A stretch of 64,000 nucleotides of DNA from the human T2T-CHM13v2.0 reference genome, Homo sapiens: assembly GCF_009914755.1 (NCBI RefSeq), contig NC_060935.1; one strand, 5' to 3'. A program made the translations under genes and the position numbers. The notes under the pieces were generated by a model. It worked only from the letters and a program-made list of their open reading frames with translations, ran no database searches and was not told the DNA's origin. This document shows positions 1 to 14,229 of this stretch, piece by piece (position 1 is the first letter of the stretch; every line of letters begins with the position of its first letter).

Positions 1-957
1 ATAAGCTCAGGTGGCATTAATTACCAAGCACTGCCCTAAAAATGTAGTTAGAGGCCAGAAAAAGCTCTCATGCACGTGTTGGTCTTTAATATCTGGGCCA
101 GCCAGGCATTGAAAGGACAAGATCTGAAAGGATATAAATGGAGCACTGACAAGTCTTGTGCAGACAGGTTAAATGTTTTATTTATCTCAGGATTCCCCAT
201 ATCATGCAGATTATTCCCCTGTTCCTAGGTTTGTTGACCATTCACCAAAATAAAATTGTGTATCAGATGGGTAACTTGGCTACTAGATCAGGGAAGCACA
301 TTCAGCTACAAATTGTAGGCATTTCATTCTTATTTGTGTTGGATTACTTTGATTTAAACTGAACATGTTTGGTAGAATGAACCCCTGGATTTAATCAGGC
401 AAAAGTCTTAATGTATTCGTTGGTTACACAAGGTCTCTTGCAGCCTTAAAAGGAGCAATTAGAGTATTCATTTCAGCATCAACTTGGTTCAAATTGCAGA
501 CAAATTGAAGTCTAATTTATTCTATAATTTATCATCATTATCACTCACAATGTAACTAGGAAACTTAGTAGTAGTATTTTTAGGGTAAACATTTGACCCA
601 TCTAGAAATTTCATTACCTATGCATTGTATTTTCTTTAACTGTTTTTAAGAGACAACACTGCCTAAAAGGAAAGACAACTCTAGATTGAAACACCACATC
701 TTTAATGAAAACATAACCTCACTTATTTCTGGTACTTGGGAAATTATGCCAGTGTTAAAGTAAAGCATCTGTTATTCCTGAGATCATGTTGCATTATTTA
801 ATCAACCTCCAATGCTTTGTAAAACTGGTCTCCCAGTTGGCTGCAATGTACCGTGTATTATATACAGATATTAATTCAACCAAAACGTGTATAAAAATCT
901 GAATTATGTCTATCTACACACATTTCCATTGGCCAAGAAACAGAAAGCTAAATAATG

Positions 958-996
958 ACACACACACACACACACATACACACACACACACACACA
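958..996. repeat. (CA)n microsatellite
   Basis: About 19 CA units with one TA interruption. Confidence 0.95.
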
Positions 997-2419
997 GAAA
1001 GAGATAAATAATATTTATCAACATTGAATATAACAGCTCATAAATAATTCTTATAGGTAAGAAAATATTTAGAGAGCTAACAAATGGCACAGGGAAATAA
1101 ATTGGCATCAATTACTTCTGTTTCATTTTTTTCCTACTTTGTCAGGGAAATGGAATTGCATCTAAATAATGGCCTTCCCTTATATTTTAGAAGCAAAGTT
1201 GTTTACAAACCTCAAACATGTAAAAGCTATAACCAGTTCATTTATAAATAATTTGCTGTTAAGATAATTGAGATAGTGGCACTTGCTTGTGAGAGCATTA
1301 TTGGAAAAAATCTGGTAGACTCAGCACATATTCACAAGTACAAATTAAATACTAAAACAAACAAAAAGTCAACTTTTAAAATTATTAACTGCTCCTGAAA
1401 TTTGCCTTACTAAATACTCACAGAAAAAACAATAAATATGTTGGGTCAATACCAGAAATTACGGGCCTACTAATGAAAAGAATGTAAAGCTTATTACTGT
1501 TAGCATAGTAAGAGGCAAAAATGGTGATGATAATTTAATTTATTTTGTAGCCACAAAATTATTTTATAAAAGATTGAATTAAGGCATTTTGGATTGTTCC
1601 TTTGCTTTAGAAACCTCAGATAAGAAATAACTAATTTAAAACAATGATATTTCACTAGGTGGTGAGATTTTATTCTTGTCTCTATTTGGACTAGAGTCCC
1701 AAAATTTAAAAAGTAATTTCCTCTAAATTCTAAAAACCATTGTTTGAGGTCTTTACTCTTCTGGAACAGACATTTTCTCAGGATCTATTAAGAAATGGCC
1801 CAAATGGTCTTATTATCCTACAGTTATCTATGAATATCTTAACATCCTTGTTCCTAGTCTATACAGTTAAATAAGTATTAGCATATTAAGGGGATAAGAT
1901 AAAGGAATGATCAGGGGTACAGGATTTATGGGGAAAGTATATTAAAAATCAAAATTATTAGATTTTTCTCAAATCATCAAAAAATTAGCAATTGATGTAC
2001 ATATAATTTTAAAAAACCTTAATTCTTACCCGATGTTTATGTAAATATTCTGATGACACAATTATACAGAGCCTATTGCTAGGTTCCATAAAAATATAAA
2101 ATGAGATACTCAATTCATTTCTTAGCATTTTGTATATATAATTACAGTCAAATAAATGTTAGAGTGGAGACTGATTTGTATTATATTTTAATATGGTAAT
2201 ATTTGATATAAAATATAAAAATACTTGATATAAAATATTTGATAAAAATAATACTTGATATAAAATATTTATGCTCAGATTATTATTAAATAAAAACATT
2301 CCAATAGATATATCCAAATTAGTTTTAATTTAATTGAAGTGAATTGATGATACGCATGGATTTCCACGGTGGGAGATATAAAAACAAAACAATTGGTAAC
2401 TCCCATGCTAGACTGAAAA

Positions 2420-2770
2420 AAATCAAGTGATTTAAATGCCTATCAGTAGGTATATGATTAAATAAATTACGATAAAATAATTCATTAAAAATAAAGATGG
2501 ATTTGTACTGATTAAAAATAATAATTGCAAAAATATTTGGTTTTAAGACAAATTTCAAAATGTACTTTGCTTATGGATGTGTGTGTGTGTATATACATAT
2601 ATGTATATGTATATACACATAATATTGTTGGAAAGATCATTTAAAAAGTTAACAGTAATTGCCTCTGGAGAGCAATTTTCAGGACATCAGGGTGGCAGGG
2701 TTTATAAGGAGACTTTCCTTTAGTCTAATCTCTCCTATGTTGATTTCTTCTAATCATGTGAACATGGTTT
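2420..2770 (+). mobile_element. Old L1 (L1ME/L1MC-like) 3' end fragment
   Basis: Degenerate L1 3' UTR motifs (aaatgcctatcagtagg...ttaaataaatta; ttaacagtaattgcctctggagag); boundaries approximate. Confidence 0.5.
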
Positions 2771-4131
2771 ACATTAATTTTCTGACCATGGATTCATAGG
2801 TGACTCAAATGATTACATTAGCTGTCTTTCACCACCCCGCACCCCCATAGCAACTATCATGCCTCACCCCCCGTTTCACACAGTCCAGGCACATGGCCAC
2901 ATGTGATAAAGAACACAAATTTCTCAAGACAAAATCTTCCTATTTCTTAGTCACAATTCAGGTCTGCTTTTAATATTTAACTATTAATTCTACGTGCTGG
3001 AGTTCGCAATTTACTTCAACACATTGTCTATCCGGGGTATACCCTTGGGCCTCAGTTATTTGTGGATTAGACAGTAGAAACTTTATATCAAGTCCTTGAC
3101 CAATCTCTTAATTATTTACCATGTCAGAGATTCTTCAGTGTTGTTGCTTTTATTGCACCCTTGTGGACCATTTGCTAAAAAGCAATTTGCTATTTTGGAG
3201 ATAAATTAGCTTTATTACTTCCTGTTCATGCACATTGAAAAGCACCGTGGACTGTTATTTTCCCTAACTCATCCCTCATCCTCAGCATCAATGCATCTAT
3301 TAAATCTAAAGGCGTTTATTTTTCACATCATAAAAAGGTAGAGTTAGGTTATTTGTCCTGATTAAAAACACAAAATACTTTTGCTAATTTATCCTGCAGA
3401 GTTGCTGGGTTTTATTTCCATGAAATTAATCATGACAAACCAACAAGCAAAGAATCACACTGAGTGCTTTTCAGTTTATTGAAAGACAGTGTTAGTTTAT
3501 TCTTTATGTATGTGGAGTATAAGATTTTGAGATTTAATACTGTACTAAATTTCTAGAAACATAGAATTATTAAAACATTTGATTTTTAGTAAGAGATAAT
3601 GGATACAAATATTCCTCTTACCTTAAATAACTTTGATGTGTTTCAGACCCATATAATGAGCCATTTATGTACAGTGTAATATCAGCCTGTATAGTAATAG
3701 CATTAGTAAAATACAGAGTGCACTTTCAGGGTACTTAACAAACTGCTTGAATTAGTAAAGAACGAAATCAATAATAATATAAATTTTTAATTATAAAAAC
3801 ATTATTGAAAATAATTATAATGCTGAAAATTGTAGTTAAACCAAACTGTTTATTATAGACTAAAGTTTATTATATTCTATTTATTTCCTTTTAATTCAGT
3901 TGTATTTACTTTTTTGTGATAAATGTTACATTGCTAAGCAGTACTAAGTTTTTAGTAATATCATGTCAGTCATTTCAAATACTTTTTTTTTTTACTTTGT
4001 TAAAATAAAGCTGACTAATTGGTATTGTCACACTCATTGGGAAAACACACACAAAGACACACACACACATACCAACTGAGGTTCAGAGAAGTTAAATGAT
4101 TTGTATAAGATAACAGCAAGTAACTGGAATC

Positions 4132-4468
4132 TAGTAGTCTCCCCTTATCAGCAGTTTTGCTTTCTGTGGTTGTAGTTACCTGTGGTTACTTGTGGTCTGA
4201 AAATAGGTGAATACAATACAAGTAGGTATTTTGAGAGACAGACCACATTCGTGTAACTTTTATTACAGTATCTTGTTATAATTGTTCTAGTTTTATTGTC
4301 AGTTATTGTTGACTTCTTACTGTACCTAACTTATAAATTAAACTTTATCATAGGAAGAACATATGTATAGGAAGAAACATAGTAATATAGAAGGTTTGGT
4401 GCATCCATGGTTTCAGGTGTCCCCTGGGGGACTTGGAAGGTATACCCTGCGAATAAGTGGGGATACTG
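4132..4468 (+). mobile_element. MER44A (TcMar-Tigger non-autonomous DNA transposon) inserted in a MIR
   Basis: Termini tagtagtctccccttatc... and ...gaataagtggggatactg followed by TA; ~337 bp; MIR core sequence (aactgaggttcagagaagttaaatgatttg) immediately upstream. Confidence 0.8.
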
Positions 4469-5814
4469 TATCTGAAATACAAACTAAGATTTGTCTGATT
4501 ATACAAACCATCTTAAAATCATCTTACAATTTAGTGCTAAAATGTAATAATGTACAAATATGTACATGTAATCTAATGTAGCTAAATATGTTAATTGAAA
4601 TAAAATTATATACTGTAAATGTTCGTAGTAATTATCATTAAATTTGTAATAATGCAAGTATCTTTATAGCTTTTCTCAACTGAACTGCAACTAGAGTTCT
4701 GTGATTATGCTTAGGGTAAACATGTCATTTTTCCCATTTCACAGCTAAAGTACAGGGGTTGGAACAGTCAGCCAAGGTGAGGATGATTTTGAATGACTCC
4801 AAAGGCCCAGGATTACACAGACAGAAATCTATGGGTTGTGTCTTACTAGGGAGTCCTCTACTCTTGAAATCCTTTCCTTTCTTTACTTGTACCCCAAATT
4901 GATTTTTACTCTAATACTGCAGGCTTGTGGCCTGAACTCATGGCTTTCAACTTCACAAAATTGAAAGCAGAGAATATTTAAAAATTAGTTTCCCACATAT
5001 ATTTAACAGTGTTATTAACCACTGAATCAGTAGAGTCTAGATGTAAATGGTATAGATCCAGTAATTTTTAATGTTCCCATTATGTATAGAGAAAAGTCTG
5101 AGATGTTGTTTTGCATTGATTGGCATTAGATTTTCAGATTTGAAAAGTTTTTGGGGTAAATTATTCAGTTTCCATATATTCAGAAGAGTTTTGTTGAAAC
5201 CATCCAAATGTCCTTAATTACTTAAGGTATCTTCTTGGGGGGGTTACAAAAATAGTCATCTTTTAGTTCTGAGACAAAATACTGCAAAATAATGGATTTA
5301 TTCATTATCTGAATGGAAATGTAACTGTTTGCATGCTAAAAAGATACACCCTCTCCCTCAGTTAGTTCACAATTTTTAGGCATGAAGGACTGTAAAAGTA
5401 TGAGTCAGGTCATGGTGAAATGGGGAATCAGCTCCCGTTTGAAACCTCCAGAAATAACTCTCCTCCAAGTAAGTGGCTACAGAATTCTTAAAAAGAGGAA
5501 AGAACTTTCAGTTTCTCAGTGGCCATTTTTTATTGCATAATAAACCTGACAAGAATAGACTTCTATTCCTAGAATTGTCAATTTGTCATATCTGATGAGC
5601 ACAAAGTGTCCTATTTTTAAACTGACGCATACAGGCCTTGCTCCTGCTATGCCTGCATTGTATAGTAATGGCATATTTAGAAATACTGTACAATAGAAAT
5701 ATTTCTGCTAATTTTCAGATCTAAAAAGGAGACATTTCTCACATGTCTAATAAAGAGCAAGGCTCTACTGAATATTAGTCAGAAAAATTTGCCCAGTATC
5801 ATTGGATATTGCGA

Positions 5815-5968
5815 TACATATTTATCAAGCAGCTTCTACAAGCAAGATCATCTACCAGGTACTTCATACTGAAAGGTGACATAAGACAAAATAAATATTT
5901 ATCAAGCAGCTTCTACAAGCAAGATCATCTACCAGGTACTTCATACTGAAAGGTGGCATAAGACAAAA
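5815..5968. repeat. 77-bp head-to-tail tandem duplication (2 copies)
   Basis: 5815-5891 vs 5892-5968 differ at only 2 of 77 positions. Confidence 0.95.
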
Positions 5969-6119
5969 CAACAACAGTAAAACACCCAGAAAAGTAAACC
6001 ATTTAATAGAGATATACCCTCGGTGCTATAAAGCCACAAAAGAAAAGCCCATTGCTTTCTCCTGATCAGGAAAAGTGCAGCAATATTAGGGTTTTTGTTT
6101 GTTTGTTTGTTTAAGGTTT

Positions 6120-6830
6120 CACTTAAGATGTGTAGAGCTTTTGAAATACTGTGAGAAAACATGGGCAAAGTGAGCTAGGCAAGAAGCATCTAAAATGCAC
6201 ATAGGCCTGGAAGGAGCATGACCCACATGGGAGACAAGAATTTCAGGAGAGAGTACAGGACACGTGTGCCAGCGGGCTGCAGATCAGGTCGAAGAGAAAC
6301 GTGAGGTCCAGATACAGCAAAAGTTTAATACTGCTTGAGAGGTTAGCATACACTTTGTCTCATTCCAAAGCAATAAAGAGTGTTAAGTAAGGAAGAGATC
6401 CTCGGGTTTGTGTTTAGAAAAGTTAGGCAGTAATATGCAGGATGTATTGGAAGTGGACTTGGGAGATTAAAAGCAAGAAAATACTGTTAGAAAGTAGTTT
6501 GCATGGTTCAAGAAAAAGTTGTAAGGGCTAAATTCAAAACCTGATTAACGTCTACACTTCACGGGTATTTAAAGATAAATGTGTACAACTTTAAATGGGA
6601 TAAAATAACCAGAGAAGAAGAGGGAACAGTGATGAAAGTCAAGGGATGAGGGAGATTTAAGGAAATACAGTGTTCACCAGTGCACATATTACTAACAAGT
6701 CAAATTAGATGAAAGTGGACAGGCTTTATTGGATTTAGAAATTCTGAAGGTGTTTGATTATTGCTGGCAAAATTTCGGGGGAAAGGTAGAGAGGGAAGAC
6801 TGACTGCAGTGGGCACGAACGGTGTCTGAA
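6120..6830. mobile_element. L2 relic
   Basis: Purine-rich degenerate L2-like sequence (ggatttagaaa...; agactgactgcagtggg); boundaries approximate. Confidence 0.45.
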
Positions 6831-8739
6831 GGTTGTTTCTATGAATAAGATATACTAAAATGTTTACTTGTATTTTAATCTTGGCCCTGATACTTAGTAC
6901 TTGATTCTGTCTATTTAAATGGAAATATGGTTGAATTAGACTATGCTAATGTTCCTGTTAGTCTTTCTTAGTCTAATCTATACACTACTCCTCAGATAAG
7001 CATCTGAAAGCACCCTCCCTCTGTCAAACACCTTACATTTGTGAATGTATTCCTAAGGATTAGGAACTCTGCCCAGTCTCTTCTCTGTCACTCCACTTTG
7101 TACTTTCCACAGTCAGTATTGGGCAAGAACGGAGATGGATTGGAACAGAAGTAGGCAAGATGACAGCTCTCCTGGTGAAAGGTGACCCATGTCATCAATG
7201 TCCCTCCACCCATAGCACCTGCTTGTTCCACCCTATTGTCTAGCAAGAGACAGATATGGAACTCTCACCGGTGTAATTAACATAAGGTTTGCTCATTGCA
7301 ATGAAAATAGGAAATAGATAAATAGAAGACAAAATATATACTAATATCTGTATACATTTGTGGGGAATAAAGAAGGAATGCTTCTCACACCATTAATGTT
7401 TATTCCTGGACAGAAGTGGAAATGGTGTGGGTTTGACTAGAAAGAGAAGTCTTTTACTTTTCACTTGCTATAATTGCTTTTCTCCTTTTTAATTTTCAGT
7501 ATTTTTCAAACAAAATCTTCAACATGTAGGTTACTTATGTTGATATATAAATGTGAAAATTACAGAGTGTTCTGAATCAAAAGCATGAAAATCAGCAATT
7601 GCAAACTTGGGAGATCAGCACACCCTCATGGAAATCTCAGTTTAGCTATTTTTTGCTTATGCGAGTCAGTTAAATTCTTTGAGGCCCAGTTTCTTTAAGA
7701 TGAGGAAAATGTTAACAAAATTTCACAGTTCCTTTAAAATTAGAGATTACATATTTTTAAACAGCCTGGACAGCGTAGAGCAGGAGCTTAGCAAATGGTA
7801 GATGATAAAATTGGAAATCCTAGCAGAAGTAATAAAAAAAAATTGAGCCTACTACATATGACTGCTCTACTCCCTACCTTTCTGCTTGCCAATTCCTGAG
7901 TCGAGGAAGGTTTTTGTGTTCTGAGTAGTAACCTCTGCAGGGAATTTGAATCCCAGGGATGTGGTGGCATTTTTATTTTTACAAATATATTTATCAGCTA
8001 TGTGTATAGGTGTGAAAACAAAGAGGAGAGGGAGAAATGTCCTTTAAACGACAGCATCCCTAGGGAAAATGACAAGCTCATGGTAGGTAAATAAATTATG
8101 TTTATGTATTTGTATGTTCATGTCAGTTTTGTTACTATTTTCAAGCTGGCACTTGGGGGTTCACAGCTTTCAGTTTATTACAGTCACTTTATTTATAAAA
8201 GTATAAAACCCAGGAAAAAATTTCCCAAGTGGTGCACTAAACCAGTACTCTGAAGCAAGAAAAAGCTTTTGTCTGCTTTCTTTGACTATTTGCAATGGAA
8301 AATGAATTTGAAAAAAGAATTAGAAGCCTTTTTACATGGATAAAATTTAATTAAAATTTATTTTTAGTCTCTTGAATATGCTTCATTCTTAAAAAAGGAC
8401 TGAAGTAGAAAACTATATAACTAGGAAAGCATTTTTTTTTAATGTTCTGTAAATTCCTGACCTAGGAAAATAGATACCCTTATGCATATACCAATTGACA
8501 CTTCATAAATCATCTAAGAACAAAAAAGAATGGGAATTCTATTTTTATCTTTAACTATTTTTACATTTTCAGTACTATAGTTATATGGGGGAGATTGGGT
8601 GGCCTAGCCAAATAATTACCCAATGAAAGTGAAAAAGCATCTTCCCTAATATATGCCAAGATATTTAGACGTAGTTTGACATGAGCATAGAGGAAAGTTG
8701 TTAATCAAATGAGTTCTTTTTTTTTTCTTTTTTTTGTTG

Positions 8740-9050
8740 TTGTTGTTTGCAATTTGCTCTTCAGATCCACTTTCCACCCTTTTCTGTTCTGGCCTATCAG
8801 TGTTCTAGGAGGCTGGGTCTTTGTCCTGTACCAATGACCTTTCTTTTCCTTTTCCTCCAGGTTTTATTTGGGTTGATGCTATCAGTGACAGGAGTAGAAG
8901 ATTGAAGGGCAAAAGAAATGTAGGATTAGAATATTAGTTCCCTGGTGTCCTCCAGACCAAGTCACTGTTAGTTGCCTGTGTTCTTCTACTAAAGGCCAAA
9001 ACTTGATCAGGCAACTCTTCATGTAGCTGTATTTTCCAGCATAGTAACCT
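8740..9050. mobile_element. ERVL LTR33-like fragment
   Basis: cagatccactttccaccctt... and aagattgaagggc...aatattagttccctgg resemble LTR33 as recalled. Confidence 0.45.
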
Positions 9051-9074
9051 GTTAGGTTAAAAAGTAAATGACTC

Positions 9075-9425
<351 letters not shown>

Positions 9426-9499
9426 CTATATTCTAGTATCTCTTTGGCAAAGTGTCCTATTATTTAATGATAATAATCATTAAAATGTAATTGTTTTCT

Positions 9500-10040
9500 A
9501 CCTTACCCTGTCCAAATTCTGAGACAGTTTATAGTAGCAAAATTTTAGAAACAATTTAAACCATTAGCTATGAGTAAAGTATGCTAAGCCTCATAAATAA
9601 TATATAGCCATATAGAATACCTTATAGCATATAAATGAATAAAGTAGATGTACACAGATCAACATGGATGAATCACAATGTCATAATATCAAAGGAAAAA
9701 AATTAGCGTTGTATATAGCATAATACTTGTATACATTGAATAAACATAAGCAAACACATCACATGGCAATCATGTACATGTATACATAGAGGGTGAATTG
9801 GGAGAACTCACATCCAGCTCATCTTGGAGAATTTCAGGTGGTTGATGAAGACTGTGCCAATTATTAAAAAATAAAGTTACATATAGGGGTTACTGAAAAA
9901 TAATTTTAAAAATCAGTATTTTTTTAAGTAGTAGGAAATAGGCATTTCTCATATTCTTTTTAGTTTGTTTTTAAACTTCTCACATTTTTTGAGTATATTC
10001 ACATAATGTCAAAAATAGAAAAGGTGCTCAAAAATATATA
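9500..10040 (+). mobile_element. Old L1ME-like 3' end
   Basis: aatgaataaagtagatgtacacagatcaacatggatgaatc motif typical of L1ME 3' UTR; boundaries approximate. Confidence 0.5.
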
Positions 10041-10369
10041 ACTATTTCTTTTACTTTAAAATTAACTATTATATCAGTCTTGCCTTTACATTTCCTATTT
10101 GTCTCTACTTATTACTTATATATAATATTATCTACATATTATTTTATATATATTCAAAAGACTCCATTTTATATTCATAGCTCTGGTTTTAATCCTCCTG
10201 TGTCTCTGAGCCAGCCTTTCAGCATTTCCTCTCTTTAGCCTAGCCTTCATGTTAAGTGTTAAGAGGGCTCTTGTAAGTTGTTTTTATTTTTGGTTTATAG
10301 TCATGCATCTCATAATGATGTTTCAGTCAATGGTGGACCACATATGTAACAGTGGTCCCTTAAGATTAT

Positions 10370-12925
10370 TGTATTTGTTTTTACACTGCTGATAAAGACA
10401 TACCTGAAACTGAGAAACAAAGGTTTAATTGGACTTACAGTTCCACATACCTTGTGAGGCCTCAGAATCTTGGCGGGAGGTGAAAGGTTCTTCGTACATG
10501 GTGGTGGCAAGAGAAAATGAGGAAGCAAAAGCAGAAATCCCTAATAAACCCACTGAATCTCATGAGACTTACTATCATGAGACTAGCACGGGAAAGACCA
10601 GCCCCCATGATTCATTTGACCTCCCACTGGGTCCCTTCCACAACATGTGGGAATTCTGGGAGATAAAATTCAAGTTGAGATTTGAATGGGGACAGAGCCA
10701 AACCATATCATTCTGCCCTGACCCCTCCAAACCTCATGTCCTTGCGTTTCAAAACCAGTCATGCCTTCTCAACAGTCCCCCAAACTCTCGACTCATTTGG
10801 GCATTAACCCAAAAGTCCAAAGTCCAAAGTCTCATCTGAGTCAAGTCTCATCTTAACTCTTCTGCCTATGAGCCTGTAAAATCAAAAGCAAACTAGTTAC
10901 TTCCTAGATACAATGGTGGTACAGGCAATTGGGTAAATATAGCCATTCCCAACGGGAGAAATTGGCTAAAACAAAGGGGTTTTCAGGGTCCATGCAAGTC
11001 CAAAATCCAGCAGGGCAGTCCAATTTTAAAGCTCCAAAATGATCTCCTTTGACTCCATGTCTCATACCCAGGTTACACTGATGTAAGAGATGGGTTCCCA
11101 TGATCTTGGCCCTGTGGCTTTCCAGGGTACAGCCTCCCTCCCAGCTGCTTTCACGGGCTGCGTTTGAGTGTCTGTGGCTTTTCCAGGTGCATCGTGCAAG
11201 CCATCAGTGGATCTACTGTTGTGGGGTCTGGAAGATGGTGGCCCTCTTCTCACAACTCTACTAGGCAGTGCCCCAGTAGGGACTTTGTGAAGGGGCTCCA
11301 ACCCCACATTTCCATCTGTACTGCCCTAGAAGAGATTCTCGTGAGGTCCCTGTCCCTGCAGCAAACTTTTGCCTGTGCATCCAAGAGTTTCCATATATCT
11401 TCTGAAATCTAGGCAAAGGTTCCCAAACCTCAATTCTTGACTTCTGTGTACCTTCAGGCTCAAGACCACGTGGACACTGCCAAGGCTTGGGGCTTCCACC
11501 CTCTGAAGCCACAGCCTGAGCTGTACATTGGCCTTTTCAGCCACACCTGGAGTGGCTGGGACACAGAGCACCAAGTCCCTAGGCTGCACACAACACAGAG
11601 ACCCTGGGCCTGGCCCATGAAACCACTTTTTCCTCCTGGGCCTCTGGGCCTGTGGTGTGAGGAATGGCCGTGAAGCTCTCCGACATGGCCTGGAGATATT
11701 TTCCCCATAGTCTTGAGGATGAACATTAGGCTGCTTGGTACTTATGCAAATTTTTGCAGCCAGCTTAAATTTCTTCCCAGAAAATGGGTTTTTATTTTCT
11801 ATTGCATAGTCAGGCTGCAAATTTTCCAAACTTGTATGCTCTGCTTCCCTTATAAAACAATGTATTTAACAGCACCCAAGTCACCTTTATGTTTTTTTTT
11901 TTTTTTTTTTTTTTTTGAGACGGAGTTTTATCTTGCTGCCCAGGCTGGAGTGCAATGGTGCAATCTCGGCTCACTGAGGCCTCTGCCTCCTGGGTTCAAG
12001 TGATTCCCCTGCCTCAGCCTCCCAAGTAGCTGGGATTACAGGCATGAGCCACTATGCCCAGCTAATTTTTTGTATTTAGTGGAGATGAGGTTTCACTGTG
12101 TTGGTCAGGCTGGTCTGAAACACCAGACCTCAGGTGATCCACCCACCTCAGCCTCCCAAAGTGCTGGGATTACCGGTGTGAGCCACCACGTCAGTCCCAA
12201 GTCAGCTTTTGAATGCTTTGTTGCTTAGAAATTTCTTCTGCCAGATACCCTAAATCATCTCTCTCAAGTTCAAAGTTCCACAAATCTCTAGGGCAGGGAC
12301 AAAATGCCGCCAGTCTCTTTGCTAAAATGTTACCAAGATTCACCTCTGCTTCAGCTCCCAGGAAGTTTCTCATCTCCATCTGAGACCACCTCAGCCTCGA
12401 TTTTATTGTTCATATTACTATCAGCATTTTGGACAAAGCCACTCAACAAGTCTCTAAGAAGTTCCAAACTCTCCCACATTTTCCTGTCTTCTGAGCCCTC
12501 CAAACTGTTCCCAGTTCTGCCTGTCACCCATTTCCAAAATTGCTTCCATGTTTTTGGGTATCTTTTCAGCAAGGCCCCTCTCTACTGGTACCGATACACT
12601 GTATTAGTTTGTTTTCACGCTGCTGATAAATTCATATACAAAACTGGGAAACAAAAATTTAATTGGACTTATAGTTCCATATGCCTGGCAAGGCCTCTGA
12701 ATTATGGTGGGAGGCAAAAGAGAAAATGAGGAAGAAGCAAAAGCGGAAACCCCTGATAAACCCATCAGATCTCATGTGACTTATTCACTACCATGAGAAT
12801 AGCAAGGGAAAGACCAGCCCCCATGATTCAATTACCTCCTGCTGGGTCCCTTCCTCAACACTTGGGAATTCTGGGAGATAAAATTCCAATTGAGATTTGA
12901 ATGGGGACACAGCCAAATCATGTCA
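10370..12925 (-). mobile_element. Complete THE1C (MaLR) provirus: LTRs 10370-10710 and 12600-12925, internal region 10711-12599
   Basis: Two homologous TG...CA LTRs in the same orientation, THE1 internal sequence between them, 5-bp TSD ATTAT (10365-10369 / 12926-12930). Confidence 0.92.
11892..12195 (-). mobile_element. AluSp/Sq inserted into THE1C internal region
   Basis: Poly-T followed by antisense Alu; TSD cccaagtca(c/g)ctt at 11875-11887 and 12196-12208. Confidence 0.93.
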
Positions 12926-14229
12926 ATTATAATACTATATTTTTAGTGTACTTTTCTATGTTTTAATTACCATTGTGTTATAATTGCCTACAGTATTCTA
13001 CACAGTAATGTACATGCTGTCCAGGTCTTTAGCCTAGAAGCAATAGGCTATACCATACCTATAGTCTGAGTATGTAGTAAGCTGTACTACCTAGGTTTGT
13101 GTAAGTATACTCTGATATTTGCACAATAAAATTGCCTGACAGCACATTTCTGAGAATGTATCCCCCTTGTTAAGCAATGCATGAATGTATTTTTAAGATG
13201 GAGCGTCAGCTATTTCTGTAAAAACACAACTCTTGTTCTCAAAGATTTGGTCTCTTTTTCATACCTACCTTGATGTTCCTGTAATTGTTTGCCTAGTCAG
13301 ACTAACATCTCACTGATGACCATCAGTTGATGCTTAAACATACTTTTGTAACTTAATTATTGGAGGAGACATGAAATGTAATGAGTTAAGATTTGAAGTA
13401 AGTGCACTTAAGGAGGTTAAAAATTGGGAGGGGGCAAAGTTGGGAGAAACAGATGGCTGTGAAGAGCTTGATCGGATAATCTTTTTCCAACAAATTGAGA
13501 TTTAAACTATCAGGTGTAGCCATTACACTTGAAATAATCCAGCTATTGGGATTTCTTAAAAGGAGATGCAGACAAAGTCTGCACACTGAGTTATCAGAAG
13601 AAATACTGAGTGGAACAAAAGGGCCAAGAACTACCTGAATAGTGAGGATCAACTTTGATAATAATAATGAAACAATAGGAAAAGCAACCTGGAAAAGTTT
13701 ATAATACCTGAATTCTAGTTACTAAACTGTGAATTGGTTCCAATCCTCCCGGCCTGCTTCTCAAAGGGAAAAGGTAGAAGTTCTCACCTCTGTATGGGAC
13801 TGAAGACAGAGGGATTTAAAGGAGGAGACGTAGGAGGGCATGTCCTGGAAGTTCATGGGTGGAGAAATGGCAAGCCACCCCATCTTAGGAAGTAGAAATG
13901 TGTAGTGAACTGGAAATTCCTACATCATTATCTGGAGTCTGGCCTATGAAAGAGATGTCGGCTAATGGGGATTTCTGGAGTCAGTGCCATTATTGTCAAA
14001 GTCCCAGCCATCACAGGATCCATGGTATTCCATTAATATTTAAGCAGGAGAGGTGGAACCAAACCTCAACTTAAACCTGGGCAGATCTGATCTCATGGTC
14101 AGCTTAGCTTCTCTCCCTTTCCCTATCTCCCAACTTTTCCAACCCTGCTCAATGCTGCTATTAAATACATAATAGCAACAATAGCTAACATTATTTGTTT
14201 GCCATAACTTCCAGTATTTGAGAGCATTA

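Larger units (their letters stand above)
10298..13187. mobile_element. Tigger3a (Golem/MER7-type) split by THE1C: pieces 10298-10369 and 12926-13187
   Basis: TIRs (t)agtcatgcatctcataatga / ttgttaagcaatgcatgaatg, TA on both flanks; the two halves join seamlessly across the ATTAT duplication. Confidence 0.8.

Noticed and set aside
2195-2272. ~30-bp AT-rich tandem repeat (atacttgatataaaatattt)
   Set aside because: Low-complexity slippage product with no further structure.
5380-5468. Possible + strand exon (ttttag| ... CAA|GTAAGT) with TGAGTCAGGTCA motif
   Set aside because: Weak polypyrimidine tract, no partner exon or recognisable product; within chance expectation.
5815-5968. Direct repeats considered as CRISPR-like
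   Set aside because: Two abutting copies with no spacers, in primate DNA; a simple tandem duplication.
10310-12729. Dense overlapping ORFs up to 167 aa
   Set aside because: All lie in THE1C LTR/internal sequence or the nested Alu; typical spurious MaLR ORFs.
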